In this document: positions 10,241 to 21,132 of the stretch, piece by piece
Position numbering within the stretch: the first letter of the stretch is position 1
Layout: each line of letters begins with the position of its first letter
Assembly: GCA_947571975.1 (NCBI GenBank)
Contig: CANPAC010000003.1
Coordinates: 1-39,092, forward strand
Source of the DNA: an uncultured Clostridium sp.
Lineage (GTDB): Bacteria; Bacillota; Clostridia; TANB77; CAG-508
DNA: 39,092 nt
Reading direction: 5' to 3'
Made by a program: the position numbers and the translations under genes
Notes under the pieces: model-generated
Databases searched by the model: none
Told to the model about the DNA's origin: nothing
The model's input: the letters and a program-made list of their open reading frames with translations, nothing else

Positions 10241-11614
10241 TTACATTGTCAAAGTGCCATTTGGTGTATTAGTTATGATTAAAATGTCTTCTTCTCTACC
10301 ATTTTCTGCATTGATATACACCAAAAATTCTCTATCTTCTACCTTACCTTTAAATTCATAACATAAAATCTCTGTTTTCCATTCTGTTGGAATAATAGCT
10401 AATCCTTCACTTTCAATTTGTAAATCTTTATTTATAGTCTTTTTAGCTTCTTCCTTTGTAATCTTAATGTTTGGTATATTCCTTTGAGTATGATTATTTA
10501 AGTAACCTGTTGTTTCTATTCCTAAAATTTCTCCATTATCTAAAGCTACTTTTACTTTTATTAAATCTGGATAGATAACTACATCGTTTTGTGTAGCAGC
10601 ATAATTAATAGTAACAATTCCTTCTTGTTTTAAATAGTAGGTTTCTTTCATATTTTTAAAACCTTTTGACTCTAAATACTCTTTTCCTTTTTTATCTGCT
10701 TCCTCTTGTGAAATAACCTCTGCATTTACATCTCTATTTGTGTTCATATATACGATATGTCCACCTTTTTTAGCTATAGATATATTGATGGTTTGTTCTT
10801 GTTTATTTGTGATAGAAAAATCATAAACAGGGATTGTTGCATTTTCTGAAAATCCTAAATTAGAAGTTTCTTTTATATTATCTTTGCCTACAAATTCTTC
10901 TGCAATTTGCTTAGCCCTTTCCTCTTCTATATCCTCTCCTGTAAGGCCTTTCTTTTCATTACTAGTTAAATGTTCTGAAAAGGCACCATCATAAATTAAT
11001 CCAGCATATTCATGAAAATTCTCTTCTAAATTACTAAAACTTTCTTTTGAAATGTTGTCTACTTGCTGCGCAAAGGCAATTGTTCCCTTTTTAGTTAATT
11101 CTCCCCATGAAAATCTACCTGTATTTAAATCTTCTGATAATTGGTTTAGCGTGTTTCCTAACTCTACACTATATGAATGTAAATCTTTCAAGTTTTTTAA
11201 ATCTTCTTCAGTTAATTTTTCATTATAAATATTTTTTCTCGATAATGAATAGCTATAGTCACTTACCTGATTTAAAAACTTTTCTGTATTTTCTAATTCT
11301 TGGCTTTCAATTGGTAATCTTGCTAAATAGCTTTGTGCTAAATTAGCTTCTCTCCACAAATTTGTTAAAGTTTCTGCTCCATGCTCTGAAGTTGATGAGA
11401 TTAATGATTTAGCTAAATATGTTTCCACATTTTGTACATAATCAACTAATTCATAAAAGGCCATATTATAGCTATTTTCTGAAGCTTGCTTATATTCTTC
11501 TTGTTTTTTATATAGAATAATTCCTAATGCTACTACAACAATTAACAAAACGCAAATTACGCTTAACATGTGTCCTTTTTTTAATCTTTCTTTCCAATCT
11601 TGTAATTTATTCAT
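10241..11614 (-). CDS. ypeB: Spore germination protein YpeB
   Basis: N-terminal TM; LIYDGAFSEHL, YPDLIKVKVALDNGEI, LCYEFKG..FLVYINAENG PepSY motifs; directly downstream of sleB. Confidence 0.92.
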   Translation of the reverse strand: MNKLQDWKERLKKGHMLSVICVLLIVVVALGIILYKKQEEYKQASENSYNMAFYELVDYVQNVETYLAKSLISSTSEHGAETLTNLWREANLAQSYLARLPIESQELENTEKFLNQVSDYSYSLSRKNIYNEKLTEEDLKNLKDLHSYSVELGNTLNQLSEDLNTGRFSWGELTKKGTIAFAQQVDNISKESFSNLEENFHEYAGLIYDGAFSEHLTSNEKKGLTGEDIEEERAKQIAEEFVGKDNIKETSNLGFSENATIPVYDFSITNKQEQTINISIAKKGGHIVYMNTNRDVNAEVISQEEADKKGKEYLESKGFKNMKETYYLKQEGIVTINYAATQNDVVIYPDLIKVKVALDNGEILGIETTGYLNNHTQRNIPNIKITKEEAKKTINKDLQIESEGLAIIPTEWKTEILCYEFKGKVEDREFLVYINAENGREEDILIITNTPNGTLTM

Positions 11615-11658
11615 AATTATTTAACATTCCTTCCTTAGATACTTTAATTTTTTTCTCT

Positions 11659-12120
11659 TTACTTACAGAAGCGGTGTTTCCCAATTGTTTTTACTAATGG
11701 TCTTGACCAAATCCACTTATTAGTTGCTGTAGATGGATTAAAATAATAAATACATCCATTAGTTGGGTCCCATCCATTCATAGCATCTCTTGCTGCTTTA
11801 TATACTGTAGAACCTTCGCTAATTGTTGCGTTTATTTGTCCATCAGCTACTGCTGTAAAAGCTCCTGATTGATAAATAACACCTGCTATTGTATTTGGAA
11901 ATTGTGAACTTTTTACACGGTTTAAGATAACTGCTCCTACTGCAACTTGTCCTTCATATGGTTCTCCTCTTGCTTCTCCATTAATAGCCCTTGCCATTAA
12001 TTGTATATCTGATGTATTAGAAGTAGCTGCATAACTATCATCTTCTTGCATTAAAACTAGTAGTAAAATAATAGCTAAACTACCAATCAAAAGCGTTATT
12101 ATCTTAATTAAATTTTTCAT
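11659..12120 (-). CDS. sleB: Spore cortex-lytic hydrolase, SleB catalytic domain (Hydrolase_2) without the PG-binding domain
   Basis: LMARAINGEARGEPYEGQVAVGAVILNRV..FPNTIAGVIYQ..GWDPT..YYFNP..WIWSR..IGKHRF; sleB-ypeB synteny. Confidence 0.88.
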   Translation of the reverse strand: MKNLIKIITLLIGSLAIILLLVLMQEDDSYAATSNTSDIQLMARAINGEARGEPYEGQVAVGAVILNRVKSSQFPNTIAGVIYQSGAFTAVADGQINATISEGSTVYKAARDAMNGWDPTNGCIYYFNPSTATNKWIWSRPLVKTIGKHRFCK

Positions 12121-12300
12121 AACATCCTCCTTTAAATTTTATTATTACAGCTCATTTTATAAAAATTTATTATAGTAAACAAAAGTATAACAATAAATCG
12201 AATATTAATATTATTATTGTGTATCTTTCTTTAAAAAATATTCCATTTTTTGAAATTTTATTTTTTTTATGATAAAATATTTTTGTAAAAGGAGATAATT

Positions 12301-13428
12301 ATGAATATTTTAATTTTTTATGCTTCTTATGGCGGTGGCCATTTGAATGCCGCAAAATCAATTAATGAGTGCATTTCAAATTATGATAAAAATAATAAAA
12401 TTGAATTAATTGATTGTATGAAATATGTAAACAAAACCGTTGAAAAAGTTTCTACAGCAGCTTACAGAGAAGCTGCAAAAAAAGCTCCTTGGGTATGGGG
12501 AAGAATTTACAATGATTCACAAAAAGGCCCTTTAGCACATCTTTCTACAAGGTCTAATAAAATTATGGCAATTAAATTGTTAAAATTATTGCGTGAAAAG
12601 CAACCAGATTTAATAATTTCTACTCATCCTTTTAGTAGCCAAATGTGTAGCTATTTAAAAAGAAAGGGAAAAATTACAGCTAAAATTGCAACCGTTATGA
12701 CAGATTTTGCACCTCATGACCAATGGCTTGTTGGTAGTGATTTTACTGATTTCTTTTTTGTTGCTAATGATAAAATGAAAGATTATTTAATTTCTACAAA
12801 TATCGCTAAAGAAAAGGTATTTGTTACAGGCATTCCATTATCAAATCGATTTTTACAAAAATATGATAGAAAAAAGATTTTAGATTCTTATCAATTAGAA
12901 GATGGAAAGAAGAATATTTTATTTTTTGGTGGTGGAGAATTTGGATTAGGCAAATCTAGAACTTTTGAAATTTTTGAGCAATTAATTTGTGCTTCTACTT
13001 CTATGCAAATAATTGCTATTGCTGGAAAAAATGAAAAAATGAAAATGAAATTTAATGAAATTGTAACTAAAAATCAGGCTAGTAATCATGTTAAAGTTTT
13101 AAGTTTTACTAATCAAGTTCCTGAACTTATGAGCATTTCTGACTTAGTTGTTACAAAACCTGGTGGTATGACTACTTCTGAGAGCTTAGCTTCTGGTCTT
13201 CCTATGGTTATTATTAATCCTATTCCTGGTCAAGAAGAAGAAAATGCTGAATTTTTAGAGGAAAAAGGTGTTGGCATTTGGATACGAAAAAAAGATAATG
13301 CTTTTAATATTTTTAAAGATTTACTTTCTAATGATGTTAAGTTATCAAAAATGAAAGAAAGTGCACTACTAATTGGTCATCCTAATGCAACAAAAAATAT
13401 TTGCGATATTTTGCTAGATAATGTTTAA
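12301..13428 (+). CDS. MGDG synthase / processive diacylglycerol glucosyltransferase family (UgtP-like, GT28)
   Basis: ASYGGGHLNAA, PDLIISTHPF, TDFAPHDQW, VTGIP, TKPGGMTTSE, PIPGQEEENA motifs. Confidence 0.9.
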   Translation: MNILIFYASYGGGHLNAAKSINECISNYDKNNKIELIDCMKYVNKTVEKVSTAAYREAAKKAPWVWGRIYNDSQKGPLAHLSTRSNKIMAIKLLKLLREKQPDLIISTHPFSSQMCSYLKRKGKITAKIATVMTDFAPHDQWLVGSDFTDFFFVANDKMKDYLISTNIAKEKVFVTGIPLSNRFLQKYDRKKILDSYQLEDGKKNILFFGGGEFGLGKSRTFEIFEQLICASTSMQIIAIAGKNEKMKMKFNEIVTKNQASNHVKVLSFTNQVPELMSISDLVVTKPGGMTTSESLASGLPMVIINPIPGQEEENAEFLEEKGVGIWIRKKDNAFNIFKDLLSNDVKLSKMKESALLIGHPNATKNICDILLDNV

Positions 13429-13437
13429 AAAAGGCAA

Positions 13438-13960
13438 TTATTTGCCTTTTTTTATTCCATATATGTTTCTTATTCTAATCTCAGCATTTGCAGTACTAGT
13501 CTCCTCACCATATCTATAACCAACTTGTAAATTTTCACTATCTAAAAAGTAAAATCCAATTCCACCTTTCTCTGGATTTTGCCTAGGTTTTTCTAAAGCT
13601 ATTGTTGAATTATCATCCCAACTTATCTTTGTAGTACTATTGTAGTTTAAATTTTCTGTTGATACTAATAACGTCTCTTCTCCAGAACCTTCACCATTTC
13701 CATTTAAGAAAATACAATCGTATTCTATTAATAAATAACTATAATTTTCAATTGAATCTAATAATTTTGATTTTCCAAAATCTCCTGTTTCATTTCCACG
13801 TAGTTCCACTGTAATAGGTTCTTCTAACAATTTCGTCTTACTAATTTGATTATTTTCTAACTGTTCTACTCTTGATAACAATGCATTATATTCTTCTTTA
13901 CTTACAAAATCTTCTTTATTTCTGATGCTGTTTTTTTATTATTTTCTTCTTTTGCTTTAA
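13438..13960 (-). pseudogene. 5'-truncated pilin-like gene remnant
   Basis: No RBS or good start. Upstream out-of-frame KAKEENNKKTASEI resembles the post-TM helix of the pilin-like genes, followed by VSKEEYNALLSRVEQLE...IRIRNIYGIK. Confidence 0.45.
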
Positions 13961-14014
13961 ATTATATTTTAGGCTATATAATTTTACAAGGTTATTGGAT
14001 ATTTTTGTTGTATA

Positions 14015-15202
14015 TTAATTAGCAAGCCAACTAGCTATATCATATATTTGTATCCCTTCATACTGATAATTTTCATGTTTTGTTCTAGCAATTATTACCT
14101 TTGGATAAGCGTCTTTAATTTGCAATAATGGTTCAGTTTCTCTTTTTAAAGTATCCTCATAACTTATATCATCTGATACTTGGATATACAATTTTTCATT
14201 TCTTTTCATTGCAACAAAATCTATTTCTTTGTTATATAAAGTTCCTACATAAATTTCATAACCTCGTCGTAATAATTCTATAGCAACAATATTTTCATAT
14301 ACTCTTCCATAATTAATATTCTTTGTACCTAATTTAGCAAATTTAAATGATTGGTCTACTAAATAGTATTTATCTATTGAAGATAAGTATTTTTTACCTT
14401 GAATATCATATCTTCTTACTTTATAAAAAGCAAATGCATCACATAAATAATTAATATAGGAAGCTATTGTTTTATCATTTGTATTTATATTATTTTCATT
14501 TAATTTATTAGCAATATTTCTGTATGATGTTAAATTCGAAATATTATCCATCATAAATTCAGTAAGACTATTCATTAGTCCAGTATTTTGTATATTATAT
14601 TTTTGCTTAATATCTCTTACTATCAAAGCATTATAAACATCGTTTATATAATTATATCTTTTTTTTATATCATCATATTCATATGAACCAGACAATCCAC
14701 CTTCAAAAACATATTTATCAAATGCTTCTTCAATATTATTATTTTTAAAATAAGTTAAATATTCTTTAAAAGAAAATGGATAAATTTGTAATTCATAAGT
14801 TCTACCAGTAAATAAAGTAGCTAAATCACTACTTAATAAAAAAGCATTTGAACCTGTTATATATATATCATATTTTTCCTCTGCATGTAAGCTATTTATT
14901 GTTCTTTCAAACTCTTTACACATTTGAACTTCATCTATTAATACAAAATTTCTTTTTCCCTCAATGTAGTTTAATTCTACATAATTATTTAAAGATAGGT
15001 AATCTCTTAATTTATCAAATTTAACTAAGTTAAAATTGATATTAATTATATTTACATTTTTTATATTTTCTTTAATATAATTTCTAAACATCTCTAATAA
15101 TTTTGATTTTCCACTACGTCTTACTCCTGTTATAACTTTTATATCTGGAGTTCCAATCACATCAATTAATTCTTTCAAGTAATTTCTTTCTATTATTTTC
15201 AT
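14015..15202 (-). CDS. AAA_14 ATPase with DUF4143 C-terminal domain
   Basis: ITGVRRSGKS Walker A, LIDEVQ Walker B, ITGSNAFLLS..TGR, ENIVAIELLRRG, EIDFVA..YIQVS. Confidence 0.9.
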   Translation of the reverse strand: MKIIERNYLKELIDVIGTPDIKVITGVRRSGKSKLLEMFRNYIKENIKNVNIININFNLVKFDKLRDYLSLNNYVELNYIEGKRNFVLIDEVQMCKEFERTINSLHAEEKYDIYITGSNAFLLSSDLATLFTGRTYELQIYPFSFKEYLTYFKNNNIEEAFDKYVFEGGLSGSYEYDDIKKRYNYINDVYNALIVRDIKQKYNIQNTGLMNSLTEFMMDNISNLTSYRNIANKLNENNINTNDKTIASYINYLCDAFAFYKVRRYDIQGKKYLSSIDKYYLVDQSFKFAKLGTKNINYGRVYENIVAIELLRRGYEIYVGTLYNKEIDFVAMKRNEKLYIQVSDDISYEDTLKRETEPLLQIKDAYPKVIIARTKHENYQYEGIQIYDIASWLAN

Positions 15203-15492
15203 ATAAAATCACCTCGAAATTATTATAACATTCATTTCGCAAAAAGTAAATATTTTTCATTTTGCGAAGTATAAACTCCTATTAGTGTATTCAATTTATT
15301 TTATTATATACTATATTTTAATTCTGAATTTTAGAGAATAAGGAAAAGATGAAAAAGAAATAAAGAAATTTATAAAAGAAAAATGTTATATGAGCATATA
15401 AAAAGAATATATAAAAAAATAAAGGACGTAAGAATTAAAAATGAACTGTCCACTTTTTAGAAAACAGTTCACAAAATACATCCTTTATTTTT

Positions 15493-16299
15493 CTATATAT
15501 TTTTTAATTTTTTGTATTTATTGTAAACAATTACACTTATAATAGCTGCTAAAATAATTAATGATATAATTGTTATACCAATACCAGCATTAGGTAATTT
15601 TCCACTAGCTTTTGTTAAATCCTTTTCATTTGCACTTGTTTTTTGACTGTCTTCTTTAGCTTTATAAGTAGAAAATTTGTCTAAAATTCCTGAATTATTA
15701 ACAGTATATGCTTGTACATCATCCATGTTAGTATATATTCCATTTTCATCTTCAATTTTTCCTAAATAGAATTTAACTTTTCTATCTGTTTTAAACATTC
15801 TAGTATAGTAATTATATTGTCTAATATAGTATGATGTTGCATTTTGAGTGAAATTTACTGTTATTCTATCTCCATTTGCAAGCAATTTTGGTCTTTCTAA
15901 TTTTGTAGGTCCATCTATTAAGCTAAATGTGTTTTTATGTGTTACTTTCCCTTTTACTATAAAAGCATAATAATCTCCAGCTTTTTCAAAATTCCCATTA
16001 TTATGTGCGCTGACTTTTAAATAAAATTGATTACTTTCAGAATCATACTTTAAGCCATCACAATGTGCCATATTAGCATTTGAAATTACAGTGTCTACAT
16101 CTGTTGTATTATCTTGAGTCACATATATATAATAGCTATACCCTTCTTCTAAATTGTTATCTAATCCATTTACATATATAGCTGTATCAATAGCAGAATA
16201 ATATTCTGTTTTATATGATATGTTTGCAGCATTAACCAAAGATATTATATAACTTTTCTTAGCAGAAATAATATCGCATACTATCTTGACATAACTCAA
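15493..16299 (-). CDS. LPXTG-like cell-wall-anchored protein, probably N-terminally truncated or degraded
   Basis: C-terminal LPNAG + hydrophobic helix + KYKKLK tail; TTG start without clear RBS or signal peptide. Confidence 0.55.
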   Translation of the reverse strand: MSYVKIVCDIISAKKSYIISLVNAANISYKTEYYSAIDTAIYVNGLDNNLEEGYSYYIYVTQDNTTDVDTVISNANMAHCDGLKYDSESNQFYLKVSAHNNGNFEKAGDYYAFIVKGKVTHKNTFSLIDGPTKLERPKLLANGDRITVNFTQNATSYYIRQYNYYTRMFKTDRKVKFYLGKIEDENGIYTNMDDVQAYTVNNSGILDKFSTYKAKEDSQKTSANEKDLTKASGKLPNAGIGITIISLIILAAIISVIVYNKYKKLKNI

Positions 16300-16417
16300 T
16301 TATATGATACAATATCAATATATTAACATAGTGAAAATAACAAAAGAAAAAGGTAGGCAAATAAAGGTTAAAAAAATTTTTAGCCAAATCTATGCCTTGA
16401 AGGGAATGATTTTAAAA

Positions 16418-18046
16418 ATGAAAAACGAAAAAGCTATAACATTAATTGCATTAGTCATTACAATAATCGTGTTACTTATTTTAGCAGCAATAAGCGTAGT
16501 AGCATTAATTGGTGATAATGGAATATTATCGAATTCAAGAAAAGCAAAAGAAGAACATCAAATTTCTCAATATAGAGAGGAAATTAATTTAGTTATTACA
16601 GAGGAAATAACAGAAAGAAAAATTGAAGCCAAACAAGAATTAATGATAAAAAGTCTAGATACTAAAATAAGAAAAAAAGAATGGGTAAATGAAATTTATA
16701 AACTTGATAATAATAAACAAGAACAGCAAACCTTTGAAACTAGCACACATTTATTAGTAGAAAGTAAAGAAGGTTACGAGTTTTTAATAGAAGTAAATGA
16801 TTTAAAAAACACTGCAAAAATAATCAGCGAAGGAAAAGGAACTGGAGAAAAATATAAAATAACATTTAATCCAAATGGTGGATTAGGAACAGAAAATTCA
16901 CAAGAAGTAAAACAAAAACTTTCAGTAACATTAGGAGAATGTACATTTACAAAAGAAAACTATAAATTTGTTGGATGGAGCGAAAATTCTGATGGAACAG
17001 GTGAAAGATATTTACCACAAGCATTATACACACCATCTCAAGATGTTACACTATATGCTATTTGGGAGTTAAACGTTGCTACAATTACATTTAATAACAA
17101 TAATGGTACTGGAAATATGGCGTCAGTAACAGTAGAAAAAGAAAAAGATTCAAAGTTACCAGTGAATACTTTTACAAGAGAAGATTATAAATTTATTGAA
17201 TGGAATACAAAACCAGATGGAACTGGCGAAAAATATGCTGATAAAGCAAATATTAATATATCAACAGATATAATATTATATGCAATTTGGCAGGAGATAC
17301 CTTTTGAACCTGAAACTTTGTCTATTGGGTCTGCAACAAATGCTAATAAATATGGCTGGAAGGTTACTAATTATGAACCTAATATTGGTACAGTAGGTTG
17401 TTGGCGTTTATTTTATCAAGATGAAAACTTTACATATATAATTTCTGATAATGTATTGAGTCATAATATAAATTCATCAATTGTTAAATATCAAAGCGCT
17501 GCAGATATTAGTATGATTGGAAGAAAGTTAAATCCCACTCTTTCAGCATATAGCGGTATATATGAAAGCTCACGAACTGATATATCACTTAGGGCCGCCG
17601 CTGTTTTATCTGACCCTACTAGAACTAACCCACAAAATAATATAAATGAAGATGCTTTATTCTCTATCTTATCTCCATCTATAGACTTATACTCTGCTTC
17701 ATGGAACGCTGTACATACAACCTCAACTCATTTATGTTTTACCTTAGTACGAAAAGATAATTATATAGATTTTAGTAGTTCATCCTCTTCATCTACTGGG
17801 TCTAACTTTACTGGTAGTAAATGTCATGGAATTTATTCAGCTAAAAATAGTTGGAGCTGGTTGTTTTGTTCACCAAGAGATGTACAATGTATTTTTAATA
17901 TTTCTAGAGAAGGCGGGTCTTGGGAAGTTTTAACTTATACCTCTCCTGGTCAAGCTTATATTAAACCTCAAGGTGTAAAACCAATTGTATGCTTCAAAAC
18001 AAAACTATTTAACGAAAAATACCTTCCACATTTAGCAGACGAATAG
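16418..18046 (+). CDS. Type IV pilin-like protein with two InlB B-repeat (Listeria-Bacteroides repeat) domains
   Basis: MKNEKAITLIALVITIIVLLILAA; two ITFN.N.G.G...YKF..W...DG.GE.Y...LYAIW repeats; C-terminal WRLFYQDE and GVKPIVC. Confidence 0.82.
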   Translation: MKNEKAITLIALVITIIVLLILAAISVVALIGDNGILSNSRKAKEEHQISQYREEINLVITEEITERKIEAKQELMIKSLDTKIRKKEWVNEIYKLDNNKQEQQTFETSTHLLVESKEGYEFLIEVNDLKNTAKIISEGKGTGEKYKITFNPNGGLGTENSQEVKQKLSVTLGECTFTKENYKFVGWSENSDGTGERYLPQALYTPSQDVTLYAIWELNVATITFNNNNGTGNMASVTVEKEKDSKLPVNTFTREDYKFIEWNTKPDGTGEKYADKANINISTDIILYAIWQEIPFEPETLSIGSATNANKYGWKVTNYEPNIGTVGCWRLFYQDENFTYIISDNVLSHNINSSIVKYQSAADISMIGRKLNPTLSAYSGIYESSRTDISLRAAAVLSDPTRTNPQNNINEDALFSILSPSIDLYSASWNAVHTTSTHLCFTLVRKDNYIDFSSSSSSSTGSNFTGSKCHGIYSAKNSWSWLFCSPRDVQCIFNISREGGSWEVLTYTSPGQAYIKPQGVKPIVCFKTKLFNEKYLPHLADE

Positions 18047-18084
18047 CTTCATCAAATTTTAAGTTCTTCATAATTATCTAGTAC

Positions 18085-18126
18085 AAAAAAAGCAATCCGC
18101 AAATTTTATTTGCGGATTGTTTTTTT
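18085..18126. terminator. Bidirectional intrinsic terminator between convergent pilin-like gene and recR
   Basis: aaaaaaa-gcaatccgcaaa-ttta-tttgcggattgt-tttttt with A/T tails on both sides. Confidence 0.8.
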
Positions 18127-18153
18127 ACAGTTTTATTTATAAATTACTATTTT

Positions 18154-18753
18154 TTACAGTTCTCGTCTTCCCTCTAAAGCTTTAGTTAATGTAATTTCAT
18201 CAGTATACTCTAAATCTCCACCAACAGGAATACCATGAGCAATTCTAGTAACAGTAATTCCCAAAGGTTTTATCAATTTAGACAAATACATAGCTGTTGC
18301 TTCCCCTTCCACTCTAGGGTTTGTAGCCAATATTACTTCTTTTACTTGTCCATCCATTAACCTTGCTAACAATTCTTTTATTTTTATATCATCTGGCCCT
18401 ACTCCATTCATTGGCGAAATAGAACCATGAAGAACATGATATACTCCCTTAAATTCATGTGTTTTCTCCATTGCCACAATATCTCTTACATCTTCTACAA
18501 CACAAATAACAGAACTGTCGCGTTTAGGATTTCCACAAATAATGCAAGGATCTGTATCTGAAATATTATAACATTTACTACAATATCTTAAATTCTTTTT
18601 TGCATTTACAATTGATGTTATAAATTCATTTGTTTCTTCTTCTGAACTATTCAATATATGAAAAGCAAGCCTTGCAGCCGTTTTATGCCCAATGCTTGGC
18701 AATCTTTCAAAACTTTCTATTAATTTTTCAATTGATGGTGAATATAACGACAT
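18154..18753 (-). CDS. recR: Recombination mediator RecR
   Basis: [14 protein letters not shown]4 zinc finger, [34 protein letters not shown]. Confidence 0.97.
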   Translation of the reverse strand: MSLYSPSIEKLIESFERLPSIGHKTAARLAFHILNSSEEETNEFITSIVNAKKNLRYCSKCYNISDTDPCIICGNPKRDSSVICVVEDVRDIVAMEKTHEFKGVYHVLHGSISPMNGVGPDDIKIKELLARLMDGQVKEVILATNPRVEGEATAMYLSKLIKPLGITVTRIAHGIPVGGDLEYTDEITLTKALEGRREL

Positions 18754-18835
18754 ACTATAATCCTTCCTTTTTTGCAAGGAGTGTCCCTAAATCCCTAAAA
18801 GAGGGATTTAAGGAACGTCCCCTAATCCCTCTATC

Positions 18836-19180
18836 TTACATTAGTCCTGGTATATTAAATTTTCCTAATTGTGCTGCTTGTTCACTGTCTACTTTTCTTA
18901 GTGCTTCATTTACACATGTTAAAATCAAGTCTTCTAGCATCTCTACATCTTCAGGGTCTACTACTTCTGGTTTTATTTTTATTTCTTTTATCGCTTTTTC
19001 TCCTGATACTTTTACTGAAATTGCTCCACCACCTGCTGTTGCTTCAAATTCTTTAGTTGCTAATTCTGCTTGTGACTTTTCCATATCAGCTTGCATTTTT
19101 TTTGCTTCTTTCATTAAATTATTAATATTCATTCCTCCGAATCCTCCCATTCCTCCTGGGAATCCACCTCTTTTACTCAT
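18836..19180 (-). CDS. YbaB/EbfC nucleoid-associated protein
   Basis: NMNINNL-type start region ([16 protein letters not shown]), [21 protein letters not shown]; dnaX-ybaB-recR synteny. Confidence 0.93.
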   Translation of the reverse strand: MSKRGGFPGGMGGFGGMNINNLMKEAKKMQADMEKSQAELATKEFEATAGGGAISVKVSGEKAIKEIKIKPEVVDPEDVEMLEDLILTCVNEALRKVDSEQAAQLGKFNIPGLM

Positions 19181-19279
19181 TTCAAAATCTCCTTTCATAT
19201 TACTAATTATTTATGATATAATATCTATACTATTACCACTAATATTAAATTTTTATTAATTGCATTTAAAATTAGTAAT

Positions 19280-20931
19280 TTATTCAATAATATTAAATGG
19301 TATATCTGATTCCTTTGCAAAATTTTGCAAATCTTCCTCTCTTGTAATTTGTGGTTTACTTGATACTTGTGTCAAATATTTTATTTGCATTTCTTTACCA
19401 CAAGCCATAGAAACTAAATTAGAAATCTCCCTTATATTTTCCTGTTTTTCTAAAACCGCCTTACCAAAAGAAGTCATACCATTAGGAAACTCAATTCCGA
19501 CTGTCATATCATTAATTTCTTTTGCTGTTGTTCCTATTAAATTTGTGTATAACACAATCTTTCCACTTTGCTTTAAGTCATTCACAATTTGAGGCCAATA
19601 TTCATCTGGATTTTTAGAAAATTTTTTAGTATTTAGCGATGTGCGTTTTGTTCTACTACTAACTGCTTGATTTACATTATTAGATGTTTTTTGACCAATA
19701 GTATTAGTTATAGCCGTACTTCCGAGCTGGTTGTACATAACTTGGATTTGCCGTTCCTGATACCGTAGCTGTTGTTGTTGCTATTCCTTTTCCTGATTTT
19801 AAATATTTTTCTATTTTTTCTACACGTTCTTCTATTGTCTCATTCATTTTAGCTTGTTTATTACATAATTTAATAATGCCTGCTTGAAATAAAATAGTCT
19901 TTTGTGTAGATATTTTTATATCACTTTCTAATTCTGATAGCTGATAAACTAAGTCTACTAATTTGTCTTTTGATGCTATTTCTGAAATAGCTTTTATTGC
20001 TTTAAGTTCTTCTTCATTGTATAGTTCTAGCTTTTTAGTTGCTTGATAAACTAATATATCTTTTACATATTTTATCATTTCCCAAATGAATTGATTTATA
20101 TCTTTTCCTTCTTGTATTAGATTATCTACTTCTTCTAATGCTTTATTTACATCATATTCTATAATAGCTCCGAATGATACCGTTTACAAAAGTAACTTTA
20201 GGAATTCCTACTAAATCTCTTATTTTATCTTCATCAATCTTATTTTCTCCATCTTGTATACATCTTTCTAAAATAGATAACGCATCTCTCATTGCCCCTT
20301 CTGATAAAAATGCAATAATTCCTAATGCACCATTTGTAGCTTCTATACTGCTTTCTTTACATACTATTTCTAACCTTTTGATGATGTCCTCGTTTGAAAT
20401 TCGCTTGTAATCAAATCTTTGACATCTTGATAAAATAGTAGCTGGCAATTTTTGCGGTTCAGTAGTAGCTAATATAAATTTTACATGCTCTGGTGGTTCT
20501 TCTAATGTCTTTAATAAAGCATTAAAAGCACCTGTTGAAAGCATATGCACCTCATCTATTATATAAACTCTGTATTTTGCTTTAGTTGGCAAAAAATTGA
20601 CTTCTTCTCTAATGCTTCTTACGTCTTCTACACTATTATTTGACGCAGCATCCATTTCTACTATATCTGTTAAAGAACCTGATAGTGCTCCTTTACAAAT
20701 TTCACATTCATTACATGGTTCACCATCTTTAGGATTTAAACAGTTTATTGCTCTTGCTAATATCTTTGCTGCTGATGTTTTTCCTGTTCCTCTTCCCCCT
20801 GTTAATAAATAAGCATGCCCTACTCTATTAGCTATTATTTGATTTTTTAGTGTTTTCGTTATATGTTCCTGCCCTACCATTTCCCCAAAGGTTAATGGTC
20901 TAAATTTTCGATAAAGAGCTGTGTACCCCAT
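19280..20931 (-). CDS. dnaX: DNA polymerase III subunit gamma/tau (~549 aa) encoded across three frames with +1 shifts at CGG 20170-20172 and 19722-19724
   Basis: YTALYRKFRP, GGRGTGKTS, IDEVHMLS, SRCQRF; FVNGII-[CGGA]-AIIEYDVNKALEEVDNLIQEGKDINQFIWEMIKY runs in frame into ORF 19704-20078; YVQPA-[CGGA]-STAITN runs into ORF 19280-19738. Confidence 0.93.
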
Positions 20932-20957
20932 AATTTCACATCCTCTTACTATAAAAA

Positions 20958-21093
20958 ATGGTCAGATTGCTTAATCTCTCTATGGAAAGACTCCACATAA
21001 AGATTTCTACTTATTGCTGCTTCCTTCCGGACCTGACAAGATTCATAGGTCTTTATTGGATTCTCTCCATACAAAGATTAAACGAATGACCAT
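20958..21093 (-). ncRNA. ffs: Signal recognition particle RNA
   Basis: Minus strand contains TCAGGTCCGGAAGGAAGCAGCA (SRP helix 8) in a long hairpin closed by ATGGTCA/TGACCAT; located upstream of dnaX as usual in Firmicutes. Ends approximate. Confidence 0.9.
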
Positions 21094-21132
21094 ATGTATT
21101 ATATAATGAATTTTTAATTTTATCAAGTAATA

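Noticed and set aside
18630-20812. Plus-strand ORFs antisense to recR, ybaB and dnaX, and similar shadow ORFs at 2276, 3943, 4808, 23370, 27925, 29188, 32185, 35064, 36611
   Set aside because: They overlap well-supported genes on the opposite strand, have Phe/Ser/Leu/Ile-rich antisense composition, and lack RBS or motifs.
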